64,000 nt of DNA, from positions 62,001-126,000 of the forward strand of contig JAKMXF010000326.1 of the NCBI GenBank assembly GCA_024704765.1, in the 5' to 3' direction. This DNA comes from Oopsacas minuta (Eukaryota; Animalia; Porifera). Positions 27,224 to 40,929 of the stretch are shown here, in pieces (the stretch's first letter is position 1; each line of letters starts with the position of its first letter). The notes below the pieces were generated by a model that saw nothing but the letters and a program-made list of their open reading frames with translations, had not been told where the DNA came from and searched no databases. Position numbers and translations under genes: made by a program.

Positions 27224-28534
27224 CAGGGTGTCTAATAAGTTCTGTTATACATTTTCGCGCCTTAGACAGTAGTCTTAATATACTTATAAAGTAATCTTCT
27301 AGATTTTCTTGTACCATTTTTGGCGCTCTTTCGAATTATACCAAGTATATATCATTCAAGTTGATGATTTACCAGAAAATCATGTTAGAAGAAATTCGTC
27401 CAAAAATTGTCACTTTTCATGAATCTGGGTTTAGCAACAGTGAAATTCTAAAAAGGCTAAAAAATGATAAAGTCAATCCCATGCTGATCTATCGCACAAT
27501 AAAACGCTATATAGAGACTGGGAGTGTGTCTGACAGGAAACGAGTTGGTCGTCCAAGATCCGCTCGCACACCAGCCCTGAAGAATAGTGTTAGATGTCGA
27601 ATCCTGAGAAATCCCCGGCGTTCAATGCGAAAAATGTCTCGTGAATTCTGTGTCAATCACAAAATGATGCGGAAATTGGTTGTAGAGGACCTAGGAATGA
27701 AGTCCTATAAGATGAAAAACGTACACCATCTTAATGACTCCATATGTCGTAAGCGACTCGAAAGATGCATACAACTAATAGCCCGAATCGCTCCTGGGAC
27801 TGAAGATCAGATTTTCTTCTCAGATGAGAAGCTGTTCACGGTTGAGGAGGCAAGCAATCGTCAAAACGACCGTATACTTGCTTCTCGAAGTCAGGATATC
27901 CCAGATAGCATCAAGTACATTGATAGAGTCTAGAAGCCTCTTTCTCTGATGGTATGGGCGGGTGTGTCGGCAGACTCACGGACAAACCTGATTTTTGTCC
28001 CCCAAGGAGTGAAAATAAACTCCCAGACGTACAGAGAGCTGGTCTTGGAGCCTGATATTGCGTCTGCTGGTGAGAAGCTCTTTCAAAACCATCCTTAGAC
28101 TTACCAACAAGACTCTGCGCCTGCACATGCTTCAAAAGTATCCGAGGGTTGGTTCCGAGAGCAAAATATCGATTTCATAAGTAAGGATGAATGGCCACCA
28201 TCAAGCCCAGATTTAAACCTACTCGACTATTCTGTTTGAGCAAACTTGGAGAGCAGGGCCTGTGCGAAATCTCACAAGAGTTTGGAGTCCCTCAAAGTTA
28301 GTTTGTTGAGTGAATGGCAGAAAATCCCACAGGAGGAGCTGCGAAAAGCTGTCCATCAGTTTCGGGGCAGACTAGCTTCCGTAATTCATAAAAAGAGAGG
28401 CTATATTGAATGATATTTGTAATTTGTAATTAGGAACATAAGTCCTTAGAAAATAGAAGGTTTCATGGCTTTACAATGGATACATTTGAAATCTTTGGGG
28501 AATTGATATATAACAGAACTTATTAGACACCCTG
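27224..28534 (+). mobile_element. maT (DD37D) element, full length (family A copy 2)
   Basis: TIRs cagggtgtctaataagttctgttata / tataacagaacttattagacaccctg with TA flanks. ORF 27361-27933 (190 aa, FSDEK) ends at an in-frame TAG where copy 1 has CAG; further stops follow. Confidence 0.95.
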
Positions 28535-29033
28535 TATATAAAAAAAATTGCTCTGTATATAAAATATTCACAAATATGTATTATCATTATAACCGAAGAT
28601 GTTTGCACGATTCTAGCTTGTTTTGGTTAACTTAGAAGTGTAAAGAGCACCTCAATATAACCAATAAAATTAAATTAGTAATTTGCATACTGTGGTTATA
28701 ACCAACAACGGCTCAATTGTATGATGGCAAACAAATAAGTAGCAAAATATGAATTTATAACTGATATGTCCTAATTACTGAAATGGTCGAATAAAAAGTG
28801 TGACTAAAAGGGGTAACGATTTATAGAGAATAAAATGTATAGATGTTATGGTCAAACAATCGCAGAGATGAAAACAGACATTTGATTTTTCCAGTAAGAA
28901 TATCGATGGTTTCAATCAACATACTGTAAACTATCTGAATACCGTTTTGTTGTAACAAGAATGATAAATTTCTCTAAGAATTTAAGTGGGGAAAATAAAA
29001 TTATGGTTACTTGACAACATTAATACAGTGAAC

Positions 29034-29110
29034 TCCGTTTAATAGGGACACATCGGTTCCAGCAATTTTGTCCCGATTATGCTGAGTTTCCCAATTAACC
29101 AGAGATTTTC
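29034..29110 (+). repeat. pogo/Tigger-like terminus
   Basis: TA-cagtgaactccgtttaatagggacac resembles a Tigger-type TIR; partner end not found. Confidence 0.4.
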
Positions 29111-30139
29111 TATTAATGATACTAAAGAGAAGAATTATTCGATATTTTCAGTCGCAGATCACTGTAAAGCAATTTAACTTTCTATGGATGAGCAAAACCA
29201 AAAAAATGCACAAATTCGAAATTTTCGTATTGTTTAGTGCGATATGTTTTGCGACATTACCTTGCTTAATAAAAACATGTAGCGCATTATCTACCGCAAT
29301 GTTAAAACTGGTGGCGCCATTTTAGCTTATAGGAGTTTAGATTATTGAGATATTTTGAAATTTTATCAACTTCTATTCTACTTAACCAATTCTAGTGTAT
29401 CAGTAGGAAATTTGGGGATGAACCTTTATGCAATTTTGATATTCTTATATCTGCTAGCCTCCCTGGGATCTGCATATCTCCCAAGTGACGGAAATTTGAA
29501 CATCAAACTTTTAGACCCGCGGGTTTCAAAGAAAACGCTTGTATTTCGGTTGAATTCTTGCATATAGTAGTATATTCATACATTAATTTGATAGCACTCT
29601 GCATGCTCTGCAGTTGCACTTTGCACACACAAAGCACATGTCACGTACATCTGACCACCTTGTCGTCCATTCGTTCCTTCTCAACTCTTCTCAGATGCCA
29701 AATTTGCAGAAATTATTCATAATTCTAATAATTGACCCAGGGCTTGACAAAAGGCGAGTCTTTGCGATAATATCATTATCAAATCATATTTTTTAATGTA
29801 TATTTGTATACATGTACAGTCAACTCAGCTTTCGGTATAGTCACAAAATTTGCTTAATCTGTGAAACCTGACTACCGAATGCCAATTCGTAACTCAATCA
29901 GGACGAATTTCATTTATCTTCTACCTTTTTTGCAACAATCTACAACTCGCTACCAATGAGCCAGTAATCTTCCAAAGCTGGTTATGCCAGTGCACCCGCT
30001 AAAGCCAAATCGGGTATGATTAAGATATATTATAACTAAGTCATTCTTTCCACTTCCAGTTTGTAGGAAATACAGGGTATTAAGATAATGATGCTCAAAT
30101 TTTCTACGCCAGAATTCTGAAAACTTACGAACAATATAC

Positions 30140-30960
30140 TACAGCGATTAGTACTTTCCAATGTAAAACCTTCAAGTTATATACACAATTTAATCCTTTT
30201 AGAAATCCCTGATACCGCTTTCTCCAATGTCGTAGCTGGAATCCGTAAGAGAGCCAGCTCTAGGTCTTTACGAGCATTGAAATGTTGGTAGAAGTGCCGA
30301 TAACCTCTACATCATGGTTTTAGGATAGACCACAGATTTTCTATCGGATTCCGATCTGGAGACTCACTTGTCAATGGGCCTGGACATTGTGACTGCACCA
30401 CTGTTGAGATATTCCCCAAGTGTGTATTGGAGCGGAGTCCTGAAGAAACATTGCTCGTGATATGTCTATTATCATCCTTCGTGTCAAAATATCCTTAGGT
30501 TGAGGTAGTAAATAGCTATCAATGACTATTTCAATATCACTTTCACATAGTATTTCGCATTAACTGCTTGATCATTGGGAGTGATATGAAGTTCTGATAC
30601 CGACGGATAGGAGATCAATTGTCATGATGTTGACGCCGAAGAATTCTAAAACCCGCTCTTATGTCATTCCTCTCAAAATATCCGAACAAGAGCATCCAAG
30701 CTCTGCTTCTCGTTGTTGTAATAGATCACTTGACAATAAATATAAGATAAATATGGGAAAAATATACATTGACCAGAAATTGTATTGGTGTTCTCAGTGG
30801 AAGGAATGAGTGGAATTCTATGTAATAAGTATAGTTTTTAAGCATATTAGAATGAAATATTGAAACTCCAATTTCAGCGATTAGTCTACGTATATTAAAG
30901 ATTTCGGGAATTTCTTGGCTTTCCAGACGCTGATTCAAGCTCCGGCGCCAGTGCACGTAA
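30140..30960 (-). mobile_element. Decayed Tc1 (DD37E-like) transposase remnant related to 54808-56546
   Basis: Manual translation: SELHITPNDQAVNAKYYV, SRAMFLQDSAPIHT, SPDRNPIENLWSILK. Parallels SELHFV..QTVNSQYYV and SRAIFMQDGAPAHT in the 55.9-56.3 kb element. Confidence 0.7.
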
Positions 30961-32301
30961 AAATGTATAGATAATATATCAAAATTGGCTAAATAGTTTC
31001 CTGCAAGGTATTTAAAGATGCTTTGTTCATTTCTTGGAGATAATAAATGATAATTCTTATCAAAGAATGCGCAAATATTTCCTTTCGTTGTGAACCAACA
31101 CCATAATTTCGAATTCGAGAGAAATCAAAAACCTTTTAAATACTATTATTATTCTATACCATATCTGATAGATTATATTCAATTCAAATCCGATAAAACC
31201 CAGAGGAAGATTTAGTTAATTACCTTAATAAAGTACATTAATATAGTAGTGTAAGAATAAAGTTAGGCTATAGTACATCAATTTCTTAACACACTTGTAG
31301 ATTTTAGTCAGTTTAGAAAATTCCACTCATTACGATAAGCAGGAAGCAAACAACTTCGTTGTAACAAGAGTTTACTGGATGTATTCTAGATCAGGTCTTG
31401 AAATTTGGAATACAAATAATAAATTGGTATTCAATAGGGTGTCAAAGACTATCCTAAATGAATAAACTTTTGGAAATGTATAATGTGGCAGACACAGCTA
31501 TGAGTAATATACTTGGCCCTCAAGATTTACAAGATAGCGGAACATTGCGATAATCAACAAACAGCATTATTTAGAATGCATAAGATAGTAGGAATTACAA
31601 ACCTTGATCAGACTTGGGCATTACTACCAATTGTAATTGTTGATATCCATACTTAATTGCATCTCTTCTCTTCTGTTCAGACAGAGTATGTTTAAGCCTC
31701 TTAACACTATCGTCGTTACTAGTATCCAAATTTGACATACCATTTCTGCTCTAAAGATAATTAACTAAATAATAAAATTACAAGATGGTTTAGAAAAATA
31801 TAAAACTTAACATTCACATAAAGAAAGAGAACGACGCTGGCTATATTATGATGACAGGGATTGGAAATCGAGTTACGAATTATTATGACAGTATATAAAT
31901 CTCAGCAATAGTGCACTTATTGCAGAAGGAATACATCGCATATATGTGAAAACACGGTACAGTACACATTCGCAAATCATAATCATAGGCCCGAAAGGTT
32001 ATACAACTTTCGGGAAATGCTCCAAAATGTTCAAAATGACATATTTGCACAAGGTTTGACTGTGGACAAAGACTAAATACTATATTACACATACAGGAAG
32101 CAATTTCATTGGTTATACAACTATTGAAAAAAGTCCCTGGAACATGAACTAAGTAATCCTGAAGCAGGCAAAGGTTTGTGTCGGATCAAACGCTAGGGAA
32201 TAAAGGGGATCGCGAAATATTCTATTGCGCCTCATAAGTGGTTTGAAGAAGATATAATTGAGGGACCATGAGTTACCTATCTGTAAAACTTGTTCAATGA
32301 G

Positions 32302-33622
32302 ACTTAGGGCTTTCAATATGTTCCAGACCCTACATCACAATTGCACAATTATGCATTCATATTCTAATTCGTGTATATTCTTATTTACCCATTACATTGA
32401 TCTATGAAATACAGTTTAAATTATTCAATTCGGACTAGTAATATGTAAATATCACAAAGTCTTCTATAGTATATTCTATAGACTTTTTGATAACATGGCT
32501 TCTCCAGACTTCAATTTGAAATTTGAACAAAGGGCGGTAATAAAGTTCTGTACAAGGTTTAGTGGAACGCCGATGGATATACATGAAAAGATGTTGAAAG
32601 CATATTCACATGATGTTCTTTCGTATTCATGTGTGAAAGAATGGGCCAAGAGATTTAGGGATGGTAGAAAAACCTGGAAGATGCGGAGAAATCGGGACGC
32701 CCTATTCTCGTTATCACGCCACATATCATCGATATGGTTAAGAATATTGTAGATAACGATCCCTACTCAACTATTCCTGAGACAGCCCTATATATCGATA
32801 TCTCAACGGGATGTGTCGATGATATTTTGATCAACCATCTTGAATATACAAAGATTTCTTCCAGGTGGACGCCGCACATTCTCAAGAGAAGTAGAAGATT
32901 GTCCGTCTCTCTTATGCGAAGGAATTATTGAAATTGTATCAGTATGCTGACTATCGCAGGCTAGCTGAAATCTGCACTGGTAATGAGACCTGGAATAAAT
33001 ATACTGAGCCTCTGAGAAAAGAACAGAACAAAACGTGGCTTCCTATATGTGCTACCCCAAGCACTAATCCCAGGCCTGACTTCCGTGCAATGAAGGTTCT
33101 ATACTGTAAATTCTCTGTGCTCATGGTATAGTAGCTCCCATTTGTGTCCCAAAGAAGCGTACAATGAGTGGAAAATTTTACGCAGAGGAATGTTTGACGG
33201 AGGTAGAGAATCATTACTTTTCGAAGAGACAAAGTAGTACAGCCGAAGGCATCCAAATATTGCACAATTATGCCAGACCTCACAAATCTAAGATTGTCGG
33301 TGAAATACTGAGTGAAATGGGGGTGGTTGTGGTACCCCATCATCCATATAGCCCTCATCTATCGCCATGTGATTTTTGGCTTTTCAGTTTAGTCAAAAAG
33401 CACTTGGTAGGTAAAGTTTTGACACAAGACTTGCACTCGGATAAGAGCTTCATAAGACCCTTAAATACATCAAAACAAACAATTTCTGATGTGGATAGAA
33501 AGGTTCAAGCTATGTCTCACAAAAGTGCGGATATTTCGAGCATACCATGAAATAATATATTCAATTGTAATCTTATCTATGATTTTAGAGTAATGGGTCT
33601 GGAACATATTGAATGCCTCAAG
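32302..33622 (+). mobile_element. mariner (DD34D-type) element, full length, multiply disrupted
   Basis: TIRs acttagggctttcaatatgttccagaccc / gggtctggaacatattgaatgcctcaag. Motifs EQRAVIKFC, KISSRWTPH, TGNETW, HNYARPH, PHHPYSPHLSPCDFWLF. Confidence 0.92.
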
Positions 33623-34579
33623 TAAATTAAATCAAAGCTAAGTATTGTTAATTATAGAAAATTACCCTGTATGTATATGAGAGCAACAAATACTTATTTT
33701 TATATTAATAATACGTAGAATTCAATTGTAACAAATTTGAAGAATTCGTTATAAAAATCGAAAGTTTAGAATTCAATAAAATCAAAGGAAAATCATGACA
33801 TAAGAGAATACTATAACAAATCGTATAAATTCTTAGAATTCTTTATGAGACATTCTTAATGATGATATTGAAAAAGCCCCTAAATAATATTGTAAATAAA
33901 TTATAGCAATAAGCAAAATGAGCTAAATCAATTTGGAATGCTACAGTATTAGTCCCAGTATGCTAAAATATAGTTTTAGATATCAATAAAATGGATTTCA
34001 GGAACTATTTGAGAGAAAATGATTAATACTTTCAGAAATAGGGTCATTTATTTGAGTCTCGAAGATTCCACTGTATATAGGGTATAACCTAGTGAATACG
34101 GCGATCGAAGGACGAAATCTATATCAAGCCATTGCAATCAATCCGTCAATTTGACCAATACAAATATATTGAGCCAAAAAGTTAACACTATTTGTATAGT
34201 ATAAATATTTGTCATTAGAAACCTGACCAACCAGACCGAATCTTACGCCATGCGTAGGATAGAGTATAGAATGTTGGCATTATTGTGATGTGTTTGCATT
34301 AGTGCAGAACTCCTAAAGAAAGTAATACCAATTGAAATAGCTATTGTAGGGCCTCAGGACAAGAGTCGTGGTATTGATGTATTTCTCCATAGTCTACTAT
34401 ACATAAGGCTCCCAGCTACTACTGGCGGCTGAAGTATGAAATAAAACAGTGGGAAAAAGGGACTCCTAAAGAATTCTATACCACTGGGCTGGAAAAGTTG
34501 CCGGAACGATGGAAACGATGTATAAAGTTAAAGGGAGAATTTATCGAAACATTTGATAATCAATTATGATAAGTATAGG

Positions 34580-36172
34580 AAGAGCTGGATTCAGTCAGCC
34601 AGTTAACCGGTTAACCGTCGCTATATATCAGTTAACTGCTAGGATAAAATATATTCGGTTAACCGAAAAGTGTCATTTCAACCAAAATGTTTAGTGTTCC
34701 TAAGCGTTTGAGAGATTCAAAATAAAATATACACGAACTTTGCTAGTTTGGTATTTATGAGATGTTACATTTTAGGTCCGTATTCTCAAATTTCAATAGT
34801 TTAGAAATATAACATCGCATCATGATTGTATATATCAGGGGTTCTCAACCAGGGGTACGCCAGGTGTTTTGGAGGAGTACATCAGATGTTTTCGAGGTGT
34901 CTGCTGAACCAACTATACACGCATAGAATTACTATGAAATTCTGTCTGGTAATTACTTCTGATTGGAGACTTGTCAAAAGTAAACCGTAATTATGACAGT
35001 ATTGTTTAGTTAATTAGGATAGATTGCTAATTACCAGTGTATATTTTGACGCGTTTATGAATGGACAAATATATGCTGGGTGGATACAATTTATGAGCTT
35101 CATTTGACTATACCATCTTAGGGTTTCAATTTCTAGATATAAATTCTAAAATTAATAGTTGTTTAACATAATTTCACATCGAGTTCAAATTTGAACAGTT
35201 ACTCAAATAGCAAATTCATTACCTAAGGAATCAGGGGAAAAACGAAAATATAATGATAATTTTATTCAACACGGTTTCACACTTAGGCTGAAAAATGGAC
35301 GCGAACTACCACAGTGCGTAGTGTGCTTTAAGGTCCTTTCTGATCAATCGATGAAGCCAAGCTTAATTAAGAGGCATCTTAGCAGATGTCATCCAGAGTT
35401 AGTAGATAAAGATACTGCATTCTTCAAACGAATGGAAATCGGAGCGTAGAGGGTGCGTTTAGATAAGAGTGGTCATGTAAATCAAATAAATCAAGCAAGC
35501 CTTCGTGCCTCATATATGGTCGCTCTGAGAATCACTCAAGAGAAAGCTCCACATACAATCGCTGAATTCTACAGTACGAGATGCATCTGAAACTTTGCCA
35601 TTGATGAAGTTCTGGTCTAGAATGAGTCAACATTTCCCTAGTGTCGCTGCCATGGCTGTGCGTAGGCTGCTGATGTTTTCAAGTACATATCTCTGCGAAC
35701 AAGGATTCTCGGCACTGTTAAATATTAAAAACAAACATCGTGCTCATTTATGCGTAGAGCCTGACCTCTGTGTAGCTTTATCTAAAACCGAACCAAGAAT
35801 TGACGAACTTGTAAAAGCAAAGCAGGCCCAGCCATCTCATTAATCTTTGTCTTAATAATTCAACTTTTTTAAATACGTAAATTATGTTGTATTCATGATA
35901 TTACAATTATATCAACGTATAATAATTTAGCGGAATGTTGCTAAAATTTGAATCGAGGGTACCTGGACATTTCCTTTCGCGTCAGGGGGTACGCAGTTCG
36001 TAAAAGGTTGAGAACCCCTGGTATATATAATAACTATGTATTGATATTTTCAATTTTAGTCACAAAACATCATTGATTGTATTAAGAATAAATGCAGTGG
36101 TTAACCGGTTAACCGCTACTATCCAAACGGTTTTAACCACCTCCTTAATTCGGTCAACCAACCCCAGCCCTG
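34580..36172. mobile_element. Non-autonomous hAT-like element (CAGGGCTG termini), apparent 7-bp TSD
   Basis: Ends aagagctgg / ccagccctg; gtatagg duplicated at 34573-34579 and 36173-36179; ggttaacc subterminal repeats; same family as 51891-52739. Confidence 0.75.
34836..36020 (+). mobile_element. Buster/Charlie hAT internal-deletion derivative
   Basis: TIRs caggggttctcaacc / ggttgagaacccctg; perfect TSD gtatatat. N-terminal zinc finger (PQCVVC..MKPS.IKRHL..H) joined to the C-terminal dimerisation region (FSSTYLCEQGFS..IKNK). Confidence 0.93.
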
Positions 36173-37799
36173 GTATAGGTTTACTATATAAATTATAAAA
36201 AAAATCTCATTATTTATTGAACACCCCTTGTACTTATCCATAAATTCTTATATACAGTTGGTTGCCATTATAGCCATACAATATGCATGCATATTTATCT
36301 CACAAGAAGAACCACACCAAATTGAGCAAGCAATAATTTCCTAAATGAGAATGTTAATCAGTGAGTCTAGTACAAATAATTACAAAGATAAATGTATTAA
36401 ACCTTCCTCCAATCCTGCATTAAGACAAATTATAGGGCCAAAAGGCTGTAAATTATTCGCCAGTGCCAAATAATTACTATTCTGCTAAATATATATATGT
36501 AGTTAGGATCCACGAAGTATAATGATGATGCAATTAGTTGAACCTTTATCAAATTGTATAAATTACCGACCTAATATTGTTTCTAGAACGGGTCTTAGTT
36601 TCACTGTAGGGAGTTTAGGGTTAGACATGAACAAAAATATTAAAATAAAATGAAAATATTCAATTATTCTTTACCCACAATCATTCTAGATAATGTATAC
36701 ATAGCCTAGTGGGTCAACTACATCACTATCCACCATAGATCCTAACTAAAGGGACATACTTAGCAAATTGATAAATATTAGGGAACTGGGAATTAATTGA
36801 AGAGAATTTTGGATCTTCTAATGTTGCTTAACACAGCAACGAGGCATGTGGGAATGACGACCATTAACTCAAAGAATGGTAAGAAAATGAATTAAAAGAA
36901 TAGTATGAAACGGGAATTACAGCCAACTTTCAATGCGAGAAGTAGGTATGATGTAATGAATAATAAATATCCAAACACATGTGGCAAGTTACAATGAATG
37001 TGGACTTACACCAGTATATTCGCGAATACACGAATTTTGCACTTATACAGCACACAGATGTGGAACAGAGATGTATCAAACCCAATCTACCCATTTTCAA
37101 ATGATTAAACTGTTACCACAATTCTCGTTAAATTCCTCTAATATTGGAGGGAGGATTTGTAGTTGCATGCTTTATTAGAGAAATATTTGGGCTGGTGTCC
37201 TAACACTGTAGTTAGTTTGAAAAACTTTTCTTGAATCCGAGATAATCGAGGGATGGTAGAGAAGGAGACGTAAAATGTAATGTCAGTACCATAATTGTAT
37301 GAATTCGTGAGTAATAAGTTGTTGAATAGTAGGTAGTAGGAAGATAATATTTATTTGTACAATTTGTAATCTGATAGAATGTAAAGTAAAAATCAAATAG
37401 AAGGGGTTCACATTCTATAGAAATTTCTAAAAAACACACTCTTTGAAGGTATGTAATCTACAAAGTTGCAAGTTTAGAATAAAGATTCTAGATTGGTTAA
37501 AATGCTGGTAGTAATGTGCTTGGCTAGTGGGCAGTCAAATGGTTGTCAAAGCAGCATCAGGATGGTCACTTGGGGTGCATGCAAACCTCACCATGTAGAA
37601 TGTATTAGTAGTCAGTATTTGCATAAACTGATAACAAATATTAAAATTCATTTTGAACTCCGGAGAATATACATCTGATTATAGTATGGCTGGAGAGAGA
37701 GAATTACGCAGGAAATCCGCCAGAGTTTGCAATCTCGAAGGAAAACTGGTTAATGCTAATCAAGATAAAATTGTTTGTTATTCAATAATTTCCCCCTCC

Positions 37800-38490
37800 G
37801 AAATATAAAGGCGAAAGAAGTCGCCAAGGCCACCTATCCTCTATCTCCTGTAGACAAGGGGCACCAGTTCAAATAATCAGTGATAATGGGGCTGAATTCA
37901 CAAACAAATTACAAGGAGATGCACAAATCATAGACTGCAAAATAATCGCCCTACCTTCCTCAGACAAATGGATTAGTTGAATCATCCCATAAAGCTCTCA
38001 AAGAGTCCCTTATATAAACTTAGGATGGGAAAAAGAAAATTGGTCTGATTGTGTGGATGAAATTATTTTTAGCTGAATATAAGGCTAAGAGAAGAAACGC
38101 ACATCTCTGCTTTCGTACTGATGCACGGTTCTCGTAATCTCCAACTGCCAATCCAAACAGAGAATCTTGCAGCAATTTATCATAATGCTGGAGAATTAAG
38201 CCTAGAATTAACAAGAAATGAATACATCCTTGAGTTAACAAACTTCACACGAAGAGCTCTAATGGAAAATCAAGACATTGCTAGCAAAGCTCTCACATAC
38301 CCTAAAGCACAAATGAAAAAGCAGCATGATAAACAACTGACCGCAGGAGGACTAAAGCAAAAGATATTTGAAGAAGGAGCTCATCGAAAAAATACTTACC
38401 AGAAGAGAAGAGGAGGGAGGCCGATGAAAATTGCTCAGTCCCTATCCAGTGGACAAAGTAAATCGTTCAAACTTCAAAATCTGAGGGAAT
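37800..38490 (+). mobile_element. Ty3/Gypsy integrase remnant
   Basis: CRQGAPVQIISDNGAEFTN and PYLPQTNGLVE motifs of the retroviral-type integrase core, followed by ORF 38121-38492. Confidence 0.75.
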
Positions 38491-38680
38491 AAAAAATTCA
38501 ACTTGGGAAAAAAACTATGGAAACCACGCCAATTAAGGGCAATTCTCTAACAACAATAACATTTAGATTGCGATTGTGCAAACAGCCATATCTTCGTGTC
38601 AGTTAAAATCATCCGATTTTCCCTCCGAAACAGATAGATTTGTCCATTCCTAAAGAAGTAGAGAAAAAGTTTTAGATGTA

Positions 38681-38762
38681 CAGTAGACTCTCGTTAATAG
38701 GTACACCAAGGGACTACCATAATTTGTACTCCTTAACCGTGTTCTTATTAACGAGACTCTAG
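38681..38762. repeat. Tiny pogo-like MITE
   Basis: TA-cagtagactctcgttaatag ... ttattaacgagactctag-TA. Confidence 0.55.
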
Positions 38763-40929
38763 TATATTTAGTACACATACAGACAGAATCATCACTCCTT
38801 AAAATCAACTCAGAAATATAATCTCAACCTCAAGCACCACTAGTATAGGTTGCGTCACAAATTCAAAACATTCTGTTGAAGATATCTGCTTAACTTGGGG
38901 TGGCCATTACAATGGTATAGAATTGGTAACAGGTGTTCCAAAGATAATTTCTTGACTATGTTAAGTTTACATAAAGTGGAATTACTCGCAGTCCATAATC
39001 TGACTGAAGAATATCTAAATGAAACTCTTCAATATGTGTTTTCAATGATCGCGAAAGAGACTTTGATAAACTGAGACCGTGGATTGCTCCTACTAAGAGT
39101 ACTCATTAACATCTTTGAATGTAATTTCTTGGGCTATGAAGATAAGATGGCCAAGTTCTTCAAAGCTAATCTTTAGGGTCAGGACGTTTACACTATAGTT
39201 TTCGAACGCTGGGTTGTTGCTATCAATCTGATAAAAACTTAAACTTGTCTTAAGTGCAAACGTTTATTTCAAATTGTCAAACCAAGATAAATATCCAAAT
39301 TGAAACAAGCCGTAATTGTTGATAATTGTAAAACCTCATGATAGATTGAACATCTATCAAAAGATATTTTCAGAGGACACTGCCACCAAATTTCTTGAGG
39401 TAGGACATTTTACTACTTGTTTGGCAGCCAGGTTGATAGGCTTAACATAGTATGCCAACTTATCATTAAAAATGGGGGCACCATGTGCAGGGAATGCTAA
39501 ATTTACTATACAACATGGATGTTTGACAGATTATGCTAGGGGAAGCAGTATTGGGGGGGGTGGGGCAAATTCTGAAATAACAGAACAATCTGCAACCAAA
39601 TATTGGTTAACACATGAAGGATGAAGTTATTAGTAGCACAGTGGAACTCCGGAAATGAACAAAATGGACATTAACTGTAGGATTGCGATTATATGAGTAA
39701 TAGATGATTATCATTTTACATAAATCAATATATTCTTGTAGTGCCAAAGGATTAGTTAATCGCAACATAGAAAGCTGAGCATGTGGGTATGAATGCACAT
39801 GGAGTTATAGAAACCAATTATAAGCAAACATTGCGATGCGATTAAAGCAGTATTCAGATTGAAAGAGTGAATAATTTCGCAATAGAATTTAGCTGAAAGG
39901 TAAAATAAGAATAAATTTGTAAAATTCTATACAATTTCAGAATTCTACAGTTCTAACTTCATTATTCAACGAGCACTATGATTGCCATTATACACCTAGA
40001 GTGTATTCAAGAAAAACCTTCGGGGCCAATACATTAGTTGTACTTGAGGAATCACGAGCTGAAATTTTTGAGATATTCATGAAATTCTCGAATTGTAGTT
40101 TGTTCATTATAACTGTAAGAACTACTTGCGATTCGAAAAATTTACGGGGCTAAATAAATATATATAACAACAGCCGTAGCCTACTTGAGAGGTATACATC
40201 TTTTGATCAAGGTCCTAAAATCTGATTCTAGTAGCAAAATTGGATCTACATTAGATTAGTATGTAAAATAATTTCCATCTCTTTTGCAAATTCCTTCTTC
40301 AAAGTTAACTCAGGGAATATAGGTGAATATAATTTTACGTCAATAGGAGGACCTTGCCCAATATGTCATGACTCCTTTTCCACAGAGTATAATAGAAATT
40401 TGAGGGATTTGTAATGTATGCCCTAGTTGGGTCTGACCAGCACAATTTCTAACATAAAGCATCCACATAATCGTATAGTTACTGAAATCTCACATACCGT
40501 AATAGAGAATTCAATTTCTGATTCCATAATTTTAGATCGATATTTTGATTTTTAGTACCAAATATCATTTAGCGAATTTAAAAATTGTTACAGTGATTAA
40601 CAGTCTTCGTCGAACAAGGTACAACGGTGCACTTAATCGGTTAACCAACCCCAGTAATATAAAATAATGTAAATGAAATGAAACAAGACATTTATGGATA
40701 AATTCACACTTGGGTGGAAATAGTGTTAACATAAAAATACACCATTGTTCAAAACTGTATATTCTTGTCACTGATGACTTCATCATTCGTTCATTCCTGA
40801 ACAATTATAGATACCATTCAAATTTTTCCTTAAAAATAGCGTCTGGCATTGGAATATTCTCTTCAGATTGATCGAATATTTGCATATACCTTGGAAAAAC
40901 TAGGAAGTGAACAGTGGAGATTCATTAAG

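Larger units (their letters stand above)
34200..36230 (+). mobile_element. mariner 3' remnant (same family as 1-1185) hosting nested insertions
   Basis: KGTPKEFYTTGLEKLPERWKRCIKLKGEFIE at ~34460-34550 matches window positions 1-60. The right TIR ctcattatttattgaacaccccttg-TA resumes at 36206-36232, after the inserts. Left boundary approximate. Confidence 0.75.

Noticed and set aside
31883-32092. Cys/His-rich 69-aa ORF (zinc finger?)
   Set aside because: Spacing fits no finger type I recognise, and there is no supporting context.
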